Assembly (NCBI GenBank): GCA_937895775.1
Contig: CALBLD010000156.1
Coordinates: 1 to 27,852, forward strand
DNA from: an uncultured Clostridia bacterium
GTDB lineage: Bacteria; Bacillota; Clostridia; Oscillospirales; CAG-272
Direction of reading: 5' to 3'
DNA: 27,852 bases
In this document: in pieces, positions 6,904-16,215 of the stretch
Numbering within the stretch: the first letter of the stretch is position 1
How the letters are laid out: each line of letters starts with the position of its first letter
The notes under the pieces: generated by a model
The model's database searches: none
What the model was told of the DNA's origin: nothing
The model's input: the letters and a program-made list of their open reading frames with translations, nothing else
Translations under genes and position numbers: made by a program

Positions 6904-7575
6904 ATGGGCGGAAGGGGAGCAAACAGCGGATACGGAGGCGGAATGAGCACCGGGAACAACGGAAGAGGTCCGAGCCGTTTTATCGACAAGACGGCAAAAT
7001 ACAAGGGCATGACAATGCATCAGTTCGAAAATGCGATCAGAGACAAGAAGGTCGAATATATCGGCATTTACGACAAGGACGGCAAGCTGATTGTCGCGGG
7101 AACGTCGGAGAACTCACATGCGGTGGCGATACCGAGGCATCACCCGGATTTTGATAAAGCTTACACGCTTACCCACAATCATCCGTATGCGCCGAGCGAC
7201 GATCCGGAAAGGATGATCGGCGGGACATTTTCGACGGCGGACGTGCGAAATCACATCAAGCTCGATCTCAAAGGCGAAACACGTGCCGTGTCGAACGGAC
7301 CGAACGAAAACACATACATATTCAGAGCAAAGCCGGGTGTCAAGCAGGACACTGCGGCTTTTTTAAAACATGCGGATCAGGCGGATGCATCATGGAGGGC
7401 GGCGGCAAGGCTCACGGTCAAAAGTGCGGAGGACAGGCTTGCAAAGCAGAAGCGGGCGTTGCCGACACGCCGGGAAAATCAGATCATTCTCGGTGTAGCC
7501 AAACATGCATGGAAGAGCGACGAGGTGGCAAAAAGCGGTTACGAGTATGTCGAGATCAAGAAAAAGCATTGGTAA
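6904..7575 (+). CDS. MGGRG-leader protein with JAB/MPN-like metalloenzyme domain
   Basis: AAAGGAG RBS; MGGRGANSG Gly-rich start; VEYIGIYD..THNHP..TFSTAD matches the E..HxH..SxxD JAMM motif. Confidence 0.7.
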   Translation: MGGRGANSGYGGGMSTGNNGRGPSRFIDKTAKYKGMTMHQFENAIRDKKVEYIGIYDKDGKLIVAGTSENSHAVAIPRHHPDFDKAYTLTHNHPYAPSDDPERMIGGTFSTADVRNHIKLDLKGETRAVSNGPNENTYIFRAKPGVKQDTAAFLKHADQADASWRAAARLTVKSAEDRLAKQKRALPTRRENQIILGVAKHAWKSDEVAKSGYEYVEIKKKHW

Positions 7576-7625
7576 GAGGCTTTTTGTCTGCGCCGCGCGA
7601 AAAACAACGGGCAAGGGTGGTGTGA

Positions 7626-8057
7626 ATGAACCCGAAAAGCATAGAAAATCTCAAAAAGGGGGAAGCGACGCAGTTCAACAGTGAAACAGCGGCGATAAAC
7701 GGGCGCAAGGGCGGCACGGCAACCGGGCAGAAAAGACGGGCGGCGCAGAGAGAGCGCGAAGAATGGGCAATCCTGCTCGAAATGGCTATGAACGAGGGAA
7801 AACCGCAGAAAATAAAGAATCTGCGGGAGGCAAATGCAAAGAATCTCACTGTAAGCACGGCGATGAAAGTAAAGCTCATTGCGGCGGCACTCAAAGGGGA
7901 CATACGGGCATACGAGTGCATAATGAAATACTCGGGCGCCGACGATCCCGAAGCCGCACAGCCCGAAGAAATTCCGCAGGACAATGAATTTACCGACGCG
8001 CTGAACAGGGCGGCATCCGAGGTCTGGAAAGATGAAACCGAGAAAAAACAGCTTTAA
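7626..8057 (+). CDS. Probable terminase small subunit
   Basis: ENLKK..QF..AAINGRKGG N-terminus; overlaps terL. Confidence 0.65.
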   Translation: MNPKSIENLKKGEATQFNSETAAINGRKGGTATGQKRRAAQREREEWAILLEMAMNEGKPQKIKNLREANAKNLTVSTAMKVKLIAAALKGDIRAYECIMKYSGADDPEAAQPEEIPQDNEFTDALNRAASEVWKDETEKKQL

Positions 8058-9366
8058 ATGGCAACCGTTCAGCAGAAAACAGCTGAAGGTCATGACATGG
8101 TGGTGCGAAAGTTCGCCATACCGCGACTATGACGGCATTATCGCCGACGGAGCGGTCAGAAGCGGCAAGACGGTCAGCATGGCGGCATCGTTCGTATGCT
8201 GGGCTACGGAATGCTTCGACGGCACCGATTTCGCGCTCTGCGGCAAGACGGTCGGGAGTCTCCGCCGCAACGTACTGAACACGCTGAAGGGACAGCTTGA
8301 CGGTCTCGGGATGTCTTACGAGGAAAAGCGGACCGAGAACCTCATAGTCATAAGCAGAGGCGGGCAGACAAATTATTTTTACTGCTTCGGCGGCAAAGAC
8401 GAAAGCTCGCAGGACCTTATACAGGGTATGACGCTCGGCGGGATTCTCTTCGACGAGGTTGCGCTCATGCCGCAGAGCTTTGTAGCGCAGGGCGAGGCGA
8501 GATGTTCGCTTCCGGGCGCGAAAATCTGGTACAACTGCAACCCGAAGGGTCCGACTCACTTCTTCAAGAAGGAGTATGTCGATCTCGCCGAAGAAAAGAG
8601 GCTTTTATATCTGCATTTCACCATGGAGGACAATCTCACTCTGACCGAAAAGATCAGAGAAAGGTACAGACGCATGTTCACGGGCGTCTTTTTTCAGCGC
8701 AACATTCTCGGGCTGTGGGTGACAGCCGAAGGAAAGATATACACCTCATTCGGCGAGGCGAACATCATACAGAAATCCGACTGGTATGCGACCGACGCTT
8801 CCGGGCGGTACACGCATCCGATCAGGAACAGCATATCGATCGTCACAATGGGGGTTGACTTCGGCGGGAACAAGTCATCGCACGCCTTTTGCCTTACGGG
8901 ATTCACCCGCGGACTGCACCGGCTTGTCACACTCAAAGAAAAGCGCATAAAAGACGAGCTGACCCCGGCGGAGCTTGACGACGCATTTATCTCGTTCGTG
9001 AAGGAGTGCCGTGCCGAATATCCGCAGCTTGTCGAGATATTCTGCGACAGTGCGGAGCAGGTGCTTATCCGGGGACTGCGCACTGCGGCGAGGAACAACA
9101 GGCTCCCCGTGGCGATAAAAAACGCGCGCAAGGGCGAGATAATCGACCGCATACGCTTTTACTGCACCATGCAGGGACAGCTCCGGCACCTCATAATAAG
9201 CGACTGTACCGAGACGATACAGGCGTTCGAAACGGCTGTCTGGGACGAGGACAAAGAGGATGTCAGACTTGACGACGGAAGCACGAACATCGACAGTCTT
9301 GACGCACAGGAATACAGCAGCGAGCAGTTCATGACTGCAATGATGGATTTATCGGGAAAGGGATAA
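8032..9366 (+). CDS. terL: Terminase large subunit, PBSX family
   Basis: Walker A GAVRSGKT, Walker B ILFDE, coupling motif NCNP, nuclease GVDFG and DSLDA. Confidence 0.96.
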   Translation: MKPRKNSFKWQPFSRKQLKVMTWWCESSPYRDYDGIIADGAVRSGKTVSMAASFVCWATECFDGTDFALCGKTVGSLRRNVLNTLKGQLDGLGMSYEEKRTENLIVISRGGQTNYFYCFGGKDESSQDLIQGMTLGGILFDEVALMPQSFVAQGEARCSLPGAKIWYNCNPKGPTHFFKKEYVDLAEEKRLLYLHFTMEDNLTLTEKIRERYRRMFTGVFFQRNILGLWVTAEGKIYTSFGEANIIQKSDWYATDASGRYTHPIRNSISIVTMGVDFGGNKSSHAFCLTGFTRGLHRLVTLKEKRIKDELTPAELDDAFISFVKECRAEYPQLVEIFCDSAEQVLIRGLRTAARNNRLPVAIKNARKGEIIDRIRFYCTMQGQLRHLIISDCTETIQAFETAVWDEDKEDVRLDDGSTNIDSLDAQEYSSEQFMTAMMDLSGKG

Positions 9367-9372
9367 AACGAC

Positions 9373-10899
9373 ATGGATTCAAGAGTTATCGCATATCTGC
9401 AGAGCAGGCAGATCAAAGTCATACAGGAGGACATCGGGCAGAAGCTCGACACATGGCGGGACTGGTATCGCGGAAAGGTTGAGACATTCCACAATTACAG
9501 CGTGTATCAGGGCAAGGAAAAACTCCGGCTGGAAAGGAAAAGTCTCGGCATGGCGGCAAGAGCGGCGCAGAGATGGGCGGATCTTCTGCTCAACGAAAAG
9601 GTCGAGATCAACATAAACGACGCATACACCGAGAAAAAAGCCGCAGAGCTTCTGCACAGCGTGAACTTTTACGTGCGCGGCAACAACCTCATAGAAACCG
9701 CTTTCGCAATGGGAGGCGGTTTTTTCATACAGTATTTCGACGGCAAAAAGACGGCGCAGAAGTATGTCGGACAGGAATTTATGTACCCGATCACATACGA
9801 CAGCGGCAGGCTCACCGAGGCGGCGTTCAGCACCCGCAAATATCTCGGCGGCAGGGAGTACGTCTATCTTGAGACGCATCTGCTTGACGACAACGGTGAG
9901 TATGTCGTTGACAATCTGCTCTTACAGTCTGACGGCGGCGGACTGAAAGAGGTCGGGGCGGGGCTGTACGAACAGTATTCGATTCTGCCGAAGTGGGAGA
10001 CGCACAGCAGTATGCCGCTCTTCCAGATGGTGCGTCCGAACGTCGCAAACCGCGACAACTTCAACTCCCCGTACGGAACAAGCGTTTTTGCCGGGGCGAT
10101 CGACATACTCAAAGTTATAGACACGATATACGACAGCTATTACAAAGAGTTTCTGCTCGGCAAAAAGCGCATATTTGTCAAGGACGGTGTGTCGAACATC
10201 AATTTCGACAAGGAAACCGGGGAGACGATCGACGTCTTCGACCCGAACGACGAGGTTTTTTACAGGCTTCCGGGCGAGGACGGTGATCCGCCGCTCACCG
10301 AAAGCAATCCGGTACTGCGCACATCCGATCACGACGCCGCTTTGCAGACACAGCTCAACCTCTTCTCGCAGGCGGTCGGCATGGGATCGAACGCCTTCAA
10401 GTGGGATGCAAACGGCGCGGCAACGGCTACACAGATCATAAGCGAGAACAGCGAGATGTTCCGCACGCTTAAAAAGCACGAGGCACTGCTCTCGGACGCG
10501 ATAATTCAGATGGTGCGCGGTCTGCTCTTCATAGAGGCGACCTTCGGCGGCGACCGCGCGATAAAGACGGATGCCGACATTACCGTCAACTTCGACGATT
10601 CGATAATCGAGGACACGGGCGAGATCAGACGTCAGGCAATGCTCGAATACAATGCCGGGCTTATCGATGCGGTCGAGTATTACATGACCGTCTTCAAGAT
10701 GACCGAAGAACAGGCGATCGCATACAGAGACCGACTGCTCGAACGCGCACAGCCGATCGAAGAAGAGCCGGAACCCGAAGGAGACGACGAAAACGAGGGC
10801 GAGGACAACGAAAAGAACGGAGACGGGCAAAGATCGGGTGACAGGAAGAAAGACCCGGGAAAACCCGAAAATGACGGCGAGGGGAATGACGGCGAATGA
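9373..10899 (+). CDS. Portal protein (A118/SPP1-like)
   Basis: Follows terL; WRDWYRG, SPYGTSVF, EFLLGKKRIFV, TATQIISENS, VNFDDSII motifs; acidic tail. Confidence 0.92.
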   Translation: MDSRVIAYLQSRQIKVIQEDIGQKLDTWRDWYRGKVETFHNYSVYQGKEKLRLERKSLGMAARAAQRWADLLLNEKVEININDAYTEKKAAELLHSVNFYVRGNNLIETAFAMGGGFFIQYFDGKKTAQKYVGQEFMYPITYDSGRLTEAAFSTRKYLGGREYVYLETHLLDDNGEYVVDNLLLQSDGGGLKEVGAGLYEQYSILPKWETHSSMPLFQMVRPNVANRDNFNSPYGTSVFAGAIDILKVIDTIYDSYYKEFLLGKKRIFVKDGVSNINFDKETGETIDVFDPNDEVFYRLPGEDGDPPLTESNPVLRTSDHDAALQTQLNLFSQAVGMGSNAFKWDANGAATATQIISENSEMFRTLKKHEALLSDAIIQMVRGLLFIEATFGGDRAIKTDADITVNFDDSIIEDTGEIRRQAMLEYNAGLIDAVEYYMTVFKMTEEQAIAYRDRLLERAQPIEEEPEPEGDDENEGEDNEKNGDGQRSGDRKKDPGKPENDGEGNDGE

Positions 10900-12029
10900 G
10901 TGCCATCGATGAACTTGACCGACTGACAAAGCCGATCGTCGATATTTACGGGGAAATCGAGCTTGAACTGCTGGAGGCGATTGCGAAGCGGTTCGACACA
11001 TACGACGCTCTCGGCGGCACTCTCGAATGGCAGATAAAGAAGCTTGACGAGATGGGCGCACTCAATGCCGAGACAACCCGTATTATCGCAAAGCGGAGCA
11101 GAAAGAGCGAAAAAGAGATAAAAAAGATGCTCCGGAGTGCTGGCTTTGCGAATGTTGACAAGCCCGCACTGAAAAAGGCGTACAGATCGGGTGCGATCGA
11201 TGTCGATCCCGATGCGATAATGAAAAGTCCGGTCATGCGCTCGACGATCGAGGACAGCTACAGGGAACTGCGGGACAGCTTCCGTCTGATAAACACAAAG
11301 GCACTGGAGAGCGCAAAACAGGAGTACATGACCGTCATCAACAAGGCATACATAGATGTGTCATCCGGAGTTTACGATTACAATACCGCAATAAAAAAGG
11401 CTCTGCGGGGCATGGCGGCAAACGGCATCACGGGTGCGACCTACCGCCGCGGCGGAAAGACGGTAAAGTACAGCATCGAGGCGGCAGTCAGGCGGGACAC
11501 GCTGACCGCCGTGCATCAGACCGCCAACAAAAACAGTTGCACGCTCGCAAAGGAGATCGGAGCCGGATATGTCGAGGTCAGCTCGCATGCGGGTGCACGC
11601 ACTCACCCGACAAACCATATCGCAAACCATGCATGGTGGCAGGGCAAGGTGTACAAGATCGACGGTTTCGACGAAAAATACGGCAATCTGAAGAACAACA
11701 CGGGGTACCCCGACGATATACTCGGACTCGGCGGCGTGAACTGCCGTCACAGAATCTATCCGTTCATTCCGGGCGTTTCCGAGCCTGTCGCCGCGCATTA
11801 CGACGAAAACGAGGCGGAGCGGCAATATAGGCTCACGCAGATGCAGAGAGCAAAGGAACGCAAAATCAGGGCAGTGAAAAAGGAAATCGCGGTTGCAAAG
11901 GCATCCGGACAGCCGACAAAGGAGCTTGACGCAAAGCTCCGCACGCTTTATACCGACATGATCGACTTCTGCAAGGAAAACGGGCTTACAAGAGAGTTCA
12001 GCCGTGAAATGATACAAGGCGAGAGCTGA
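10896..12029 (+). CDS. Minor capsid protein (Phage_min_cap2/MuF-like), no C-terminal toxin extension
   Basis: IEAAVRRD, VEVSSHAGAR, HAWWQGKVY, GLGGVNCRH..PFIPG motifs. Confidence 0.9.
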   Translation: MSAIDELDRLTKPIVDIYGEIELELLEAIAKRFDTYDALGGTLEWQIKKLDEMGALNAETTRIIAKRSRKSEKEIKKMLRSAGFANVDKPALKKAYRSGAIDVDPDAIMKSPVMRSTIEDSYRELRDSFRLINTKALESAKQEYMTVINKAYIDVSSGVYDYNTAIKKALRGMAANGITGATYRRGGKTVKYSIEAAVRRDTLTAVHQTANKNSCTLAKEIGAGYVEVSSHAGARTHPTNHIANHAWWQGKVYKIDGFDEKYGNLKNNTGYPDDILGLGGVNCRHRIYPFIPGVSEPVAAHYDENEAERQYRLTQMQRAKERKIRAVKKEIAVAKASGQPTKELDAKLRTLYTDMIDFCKENGLTREFSREMIQGES

Positions 12030-12040
12030 ACCGTACAGCA

Positions 12041-12090
12041 TAAAAAAAGCCCCGCCAAGAGCGGGTAGCTCAAAGCGGGACTTCTTTTTA
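12041..12090. terminator. Bidirectional terminator between convergent genes
   Basis: AAAAAAAGCCCCGC...GCGGGACTTCTTTTT hairpin with A/T tracts on both sides. Confidence 0.75.
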
Positions 12091-12309
12091 TTTAGCGGCG
12101 GGTACAACCGCCAGATCACAGCCAAGAGCGGCGGCAACCTTTAAGAGGGTATCAAGCTGGGGCGTGGTTTTCTTGCTCTCAAACCGGGCAATAACCGACT
12201 GCGTAAGGCAAGTTGCTTGCGCCAATTCCTTTTGCGTCATGCCCTGACTGCGTCGCTGTTCGATCAGCAGATCAATGATATCAGCGCAATTCTCAGACAC
12301 CGGACACAC
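12088..12309 (-). CDS. XRE-family helix-turn-helix regulator
   Basis: RRSQGMTQKELAQATCLTQSVIARFES..PQLDTLLKVAAAL. Confidence 0.9.
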   Translation of the reverse strand: MCPVSENCADIIDLLIEQRRSQGMTQKELAQATCLTQSVIARFESKKTTPQLDTLLKVAAALGCDLAVVPAAK

Positions 12310-12658
12310 CCCCTACCGGGACACTGTCAATGTAGCAACTGTCCGGGCATAGGTCAACCTTGTTGCTCCACACCTTGCCGCTGTCAATGCTTGGGTCAAT
12401 ATCCCACGCTATGCAATGGGTATCATCCACATAGACGCGACGGAAGTTCTCCGGCTTAATAAACGGCTCAAATACCGTGCCTTCTTTAAGGAGCGGACGC
12501 ATATCGTAAAGCCGTTTTTCGCCGTTGTCAAAGCTGATCGTCAATGTGAAGTCGTTGTTCGGCACGACCCCGGTAATTCTCTTTTTGCCGGCGGCAAAGT
12601 ATTCCGCCGTTTTGCGGTCAAAGCCTTTAGAGAGATAATATTCTACTGTGTTCGCCAT
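12293..12658 (-). CDS. DUF2442 domain protein (putative antitoxin)
   Basis: ITGVVP..FTLTISFDNGEKRLYD..F..VYVD..IAW..DLCPD pattern; GGAGGTG RBS. Confidence 0.8.
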   Translation of the reverse strand: MANTVEYYLSKGFDRKTAEYFAAGKKRITGVVPNNDFTLTISFDNGEKRLYDMRPLLKEGTVFEPFIKPENFRRVYVDDTHCIAWDIDPSIDSGKVWSNKVDLCPDSCYIDSVPVGGVSGV

Positions 12659-12682
12659 ATTCTCACCTCCGGGAAGAGCCGC

Positions 12683-12943
12683 TTATTTCAGCGGCTCGAT
12701 TGCGAACAGCTCCTGCTGTCCTCTTGCAAGCTCCCAGTTTTCCCGCAGCTCTTCCTGATGAAAAGCCGCCCAGCCCAAGAGCATTTTTAACTGTTTGGAT
12801 GGCATTGTTCCTTCCAGAACTTCCAGTTCCTCAATAGAAACGAGGATTTCAGACCCACCATAGAACGCGTGAAAGTGGGGCGGCATGTGATCTCTCCAAT
12901 AGATACAAATCTTGATACCCCGAAACATTGAAATTGTCGGCAT
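12683..12943 (-). CDS. DUF4160 domain protein (putative toxin)
   Basis: MPTISMFRGIKI..DHMPPHFHAFY..WAAFHQEELRENW..IEPL signature. Confidence 0.88.
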   Translation of the reverse strand: MPTISMFRGIKICIYWRDHMPPHFHAFYGGSEILVSIEELEVLEGTMPSKQLKMLLGWAAFHQEELRENWELARGQQELFAIEPLK

Positions 12944-12969
12944 TTGCTCATCTCCTTTACTGTGCTTAT

Positions 12970-13013
12970 ATTATAGCACATTCGCTATTAAATGTCAATA
13001 GCAAATTCGCTAT
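12970..13013 (-). promoter_or_regulatory. Consensus sigma-A promoter with two palindromic operators
   Basis: Minus strand TTGACA (12998-12993), 17 bp, TATAAT (12975-12970); ATAGC-N6-GCTAT at 12973-12988 and 12998-13013. Confidence 0.85.
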
Positions 13014-13093
13014 ATTTTGAAAAATGTCAAAAAAATCAGCAAAGAGCCGGAATAACACCGCACACAAACAAACCAACTTACAACGAAATAAAG

Positions 13094-13122
13094 AAAGCAC
13101 TCGTTTTTCGGGTGCTTTTTTT
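13094..13122 (+). terminator. Intrinsic terminator-like hairpin upstream of the scaffold gene
   Basis: AAAGCACTCG-TTTTT-CGGGTGCTTTTTTT. Confidence 0.65.
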
Positions 13123-13179
13123 ATATAAAAAAACACGCTCCGGGTGAAACAAACGGAGCGGGAACAAGGAGAAAAAACA

Positions 13180-13695
13180 ATGGCAGAAGAAGAAAAGAAG
13201 CCGGGCGCAGAGAACGGCACACCTCTTACCTTCGATGAAATACTCGAAGACAAAGAGTATCAGAGTGAATTTGACAAGAGAGTTGCAAAGGCACTCGAAA
13301 CGGCAAAATCGAAGTGGGAAGCCAAAGCGGAAGCGGCAAAGGCTGTATGGGAAGCAGAAGCCGAGGCGGCGAAGAAAACCGCCGTTGACACAGCCACCGA
13401 ACAGCTTGGTGCGGAGCTTACAAAGGCGATGATAAAAACGGAGCTTGTAAAATCAAAAGCAAGAGACGTTGATGTCATTATGCCTCTGATAGACACCGCA
13501 AAGGTTACCCGCGGCGAAAATGGGCTTGAAGGACTTGCAGAGCAGATAAAGAGCCTGCAGGAGAGCAAGGCGTTTCTGTTCGAAAGCTCCGACGATAAGC
13601 CCAAAGGAAAAACAGGGCTTGATCACGGTGCCGCAGACGAAGGTGCCGACGATGCCCGCATACGAAAAATCATGGGACTACCTCCCCTAAGGTAA
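13180..13695 (+). CDS. Head scaffolding protein (Gp20-like)
   Basis: AAGGAG RBS; YQSEFDKRVAKA, KARDVDVI..LID..GLAEQIKSLQESKAFLF; directly before the capsid gene. Confidence 0.85.
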   Translation: MAEEEKKPGAENGTPLTFDEILEDKEYQSEFDKRVAKALETAKSKWEAKAEAAKAVWEAEAEAAKKTAVDTATEQLGAELTKAMIKTELVKSKARDVDVIMPLIDTAKVTRGENGLEGLAEQIKSLQESKAFLFESSDDKPKGKTGLDHGAADEGADDARIRKIMGLPPLR

Positions 13696-13711
13696 GAAAG
13701 GAAAAAACATT

Positions 13712-14620
13712 ATGGCACAGTCTATAACCACAGTAAGCAAATACATACCCTATCTCGATCAGGTGTACAAATACGCATCGAGATCGAGCGTACTCGACGC
13801 ACCCGCCGATCTCGTCAGAGAGACCGCCGACGCAAAGAGCATACTTGTCGCAAAAACCTCCATGGCGGGGCTTGGTAACTACAGTCGCAATTCCGGCTTC
13901 GTGACCGGAGACGTTACCCTCACATGGGAAACCAAGACCCTCTCGCAGGACAGAGGCAGAAGCTTCTCGATCGACGCAATGGACGATGCCGAAACTCTCG
14001 GCGTTGCGTTCGGCACTCTTGCGTCCGAATTTCTGCGCACCAAGGTTGCGCCCGAGATCGATGCCTACCGCTTCAGCGCATACGCATCGGCTGCGGGACT
14101 TTCGCCCGCAACCGCCGCAACCCTTACCAAATCGACCGCATCCGAAGCGATCGATGCCGCAATGGCAGAGATGAAGGAAGCCGAGGTCGATCTCAGCGGC
14201 GCATATCTGTTTGTCACTCCGACCGTCTTCAACTTCGTCAAGCAGTCGTCGAAGTGGACAAGACCGATCGCACCCGGCGAGAACCCGAACAGCAACTTCG
14301 GCATGTACGACGAGCTTGCGGTGATCGAGGTTCCGCAGAGCCGTTTCTATAAGGGCGTTACCCTGAACGACGGTTCCACTTCCGGGCAGACCGACGGCGG
14401 TTACGCCAAGACCGCAACCACGGGTGCGGACATAAACTTCCTCATCGTCGCACCGTCCGCCGTGCTTCAGGTCGCAAAGCATGCAAACCTCCGTGTCTTC
14501 GAGCCGGATGTCAACCAGACCGCCGATGCGTACAAGATCGATTACAGAATCTATCACGACGCATGGGTGCTTGACAACAAGACCAAGGGCATATACGCCC
14601 ACTGCAAGGCGGCGGGTTAA
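13712..14620 (+). CDS. Major capsid protein
   Basis: GLGNYSRNSGF..GDVTLTWET..QDRGRSFSIDAMD, EFLRTKVAPEIDAYRFS, YRIYHDAWV..K..GIY; strong codon bias. Confidence 0.92.
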   Translation: MAQSITTVSKYIPYLDQVYKYASRSSVLDAPADLVRETADAKSILVAKTSMAGLGNYSRNSGFVTGDVTLTWETKTLSQDRGRSFSIDAMDDAETLGVAFGTLASEFLRTKVAPEIDAYRFSAYASAAGLSPATAATLTKSTASEAIDAAMAEMKEAEVDLSGAYLFVTPTVFNFVKQSSKWTRPIAPGENPNSNFGMYDELAVIEVPQSRFYKGVTLNDGSTSGQTDGGYAKTATTGADINFLIVAPSAVLQVAKHANLRVFEPDVNQTADAYKIDYRIYHDAWVLDNKTKGIYAHCKAAG

Positions 14621-14633
14621 GGGGGCTTGACCG

Positions 14634-14987
14634 ATGGGCTATGCGACCTACGACTACTATAAAAACAGCTATCACGGGAATGTGATAAGCGACGAGGAGA
14701 CCTTTTTGCGGGTCTCGGTCGAGGCGGATGCCTATCTCGACACGCTGACCCGCGGGAAGATAAAGACGGCGACCGATGCGGTGAAAAACGCCGCATGCGC
14801 CGTCTGCGAGGTGATCTGCATACAGTCCCGTGACGAGGAAGCCGTTGTCTCGTCCGAAAGCGTCGGGAATCACAGCCGGAGCTACACAAAGGCGAGCAGA
14901 ACGACTGCCGAAAGGGAGGCGGAAAAGTACCGCAAGGCGACTCTTCACCTCTCCCGGACGGGACTTCTGTACAGGGGGCTGAAATGA
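14634..14987 (+). CDS. Head-tail connector (adaptor)
   Basis: YATYDYY..Y.G, VKNAACAVCE, SESVGNHSRSY, TGLLYRG; synteny. Confidence 0.8.
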   Translation: MGYATYDYYKNSYHGNVISDEETFLRVSVEADAYLDTLTRGKIKTATDAVKNAACAVCEVICIQSRDEEAVVSSESVGNHSRSYTKASRTTAEREAEKYRKATLHLSRTGLLYRGLK

Positions 14988-15325
14988 TGTTTCCGCACAC
15001 GATAACGATATACAGGTACAGGGAAGAGCGCGGCAGAGACGTGATAGAGCGTCAGGTGGTTGACGGCTTCTACCGGTACGGGAGCAAGGCGTGCAGGGCA
15101 GACGGGAAGGGGACGACCGCAGACGACAGTGTCACGATCGTTTCCTCTCCCGAACGTGCGGGCGATTACGGCAGTGCATGGACGGTTCAGCCGCTCGACA
15201 GGATAGTCGAAGGGGTCGGCGCGGATGTGACGTCGCTTAAAGAGATAAACGGCATAACCGTTCTGCGGGTGGATGAAAACATCTGCGGATGCCCTGTCGA
15301 CAACATCACGATTGTGGGGAAATAG
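14984..15325 (+). CDS. Head closure / head-tail joining protein
   Basis: MFPHTITIY start, beta-rich, synteny. Confidence 0.65.
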   Translation: MMFPHTITIYRYREERGRDVIERQVVDGFYRYGSKACRADGKGTTADDSVTIVSSPERAGDYGSAWTVQPLDRIVEGVGADVTSLKEINGITVLRVDENICGCPVDNITIVGK

Positions 15326-15327
15326 CC

Positions 15328-15777
15328 GTGTATGAAGTAAAAGTCACATTTAAGGGAGCGGAAAAGATAATGCGGGACAGGGGACTTGACCCGGGCGGAA
15401 AGATTCAGCGGTTTTTCAGCTCGGAGGTCATGCGGATTTCCGACCCGTATCTGCCGCGGGACGATGCGGGTGTCCTGCAATCGTCCGCACGTGTTGCCGA
15501 CAGCGGCGATGCCGTGATTTACAATACCCTGTATGCACGCTATCACTGGTACGGCAAGCTCATGGTTGACCCGATAACCGGGAAAGGCGCATTTCATGAC
15601 CCGTCGTCCGGAAGGTTCTGGAGCCGTCCGGGGATAGATAAAGTGCTGACCGACAGGGATATGAAATACCGGGGCGCACCGATGAGAGGACCGCACTGGG
15701 TAACCCGCGCATGGACAGATCACGGAGAGAGTGTGCTTGACGGCATCGAAAAACTCATAAACGGAGGTCAGAAGTGA
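15328..15777 (+). CDS. Neck protein (Minor_capsid_2 / gp10-like)
   Basis: DPYLP..G.L, YNTLYARYHWYG, RGPHW..RA motifs; GTG start. Confidence 0.78.
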   Translation: MYEVKVTFKGAEKIMRDRGLDPGGKIQRFFSSEVMRISDPYLPRDDAGVLQSSARVADSGDAVIYNTLYARYHWYGKLMVDPITGKGAFHDPSSGRFWSRPGIDKVLTDRDMKYRGAPMRGPHWVTRAWTDHGESVLDGIEKLINGGQK

Positions 15778-16202
15778 CAACAACCATCGAAGCGATCAGA
15801 AATTATCTTGCAAACTGCCCTCTGCTCGCCGATTTTTCGCGCCTGTGCGTCGATTATCTCCCGAGCGACACAAAGACGTACAGCATCGAAGAAATCCCCG
15901 CACAGGCGAAAATCCGCACCTATGTTGACGGTTCAAGCGAAAGGCAGTTCGTGTTCGTCTTCGCGGCACGTATGTTTTACAGCGAAGAAGTAAGAAACAA
16001 CATCGAAAACAGCGGATTTTACGAAAAATTCGCCGAATGGCTCGATGAGCAGTCGGAGATCGGAAATCTCCCCGTTCTGGCGGACGGCAAAACCGCCTCG
16101 AAAATCGAAGCAATGTCGGGCGGCTATCTGTTCGGTATCTCGGGCGATCTTACGAACGCCAGATATCAGATACAGTGCCGCCTCATTTATGATCAGGAGT
16201 AA
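15774..16202 (+). CDS. Tail terminator-like protein
   Basis: IRNYLANCPLL, YVDGSSERQFVF, ARYQIQCRLIY; immediately before the tail tube gene. Confidence 0.72.
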   Translation: MTTTIEAIRNYLANCPLLADFSRLCVDYLPSDTKTYSIEEIPAQAKIRTYVDGSSERQFVFVFAARMFYSEEVRNNIENSGFYEKFAEWLDEQSEIGNLPVLADGKTASKIEAMSGGYLFGISGDLTNARYQIQCRLIYDQE

Positions 16203-16215
16203 AGGAGAAAAAATC

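Noticed and set aside
12149..12184. Second repeat-like start GTTTGAGAG on the minus strand (also AGGGGCTTAAAC near 2195-2206)
   Set aside because: Only short matches, explained by ordinary coding sequence (RFES in the HTH, QGLKL in the methyltransferase).
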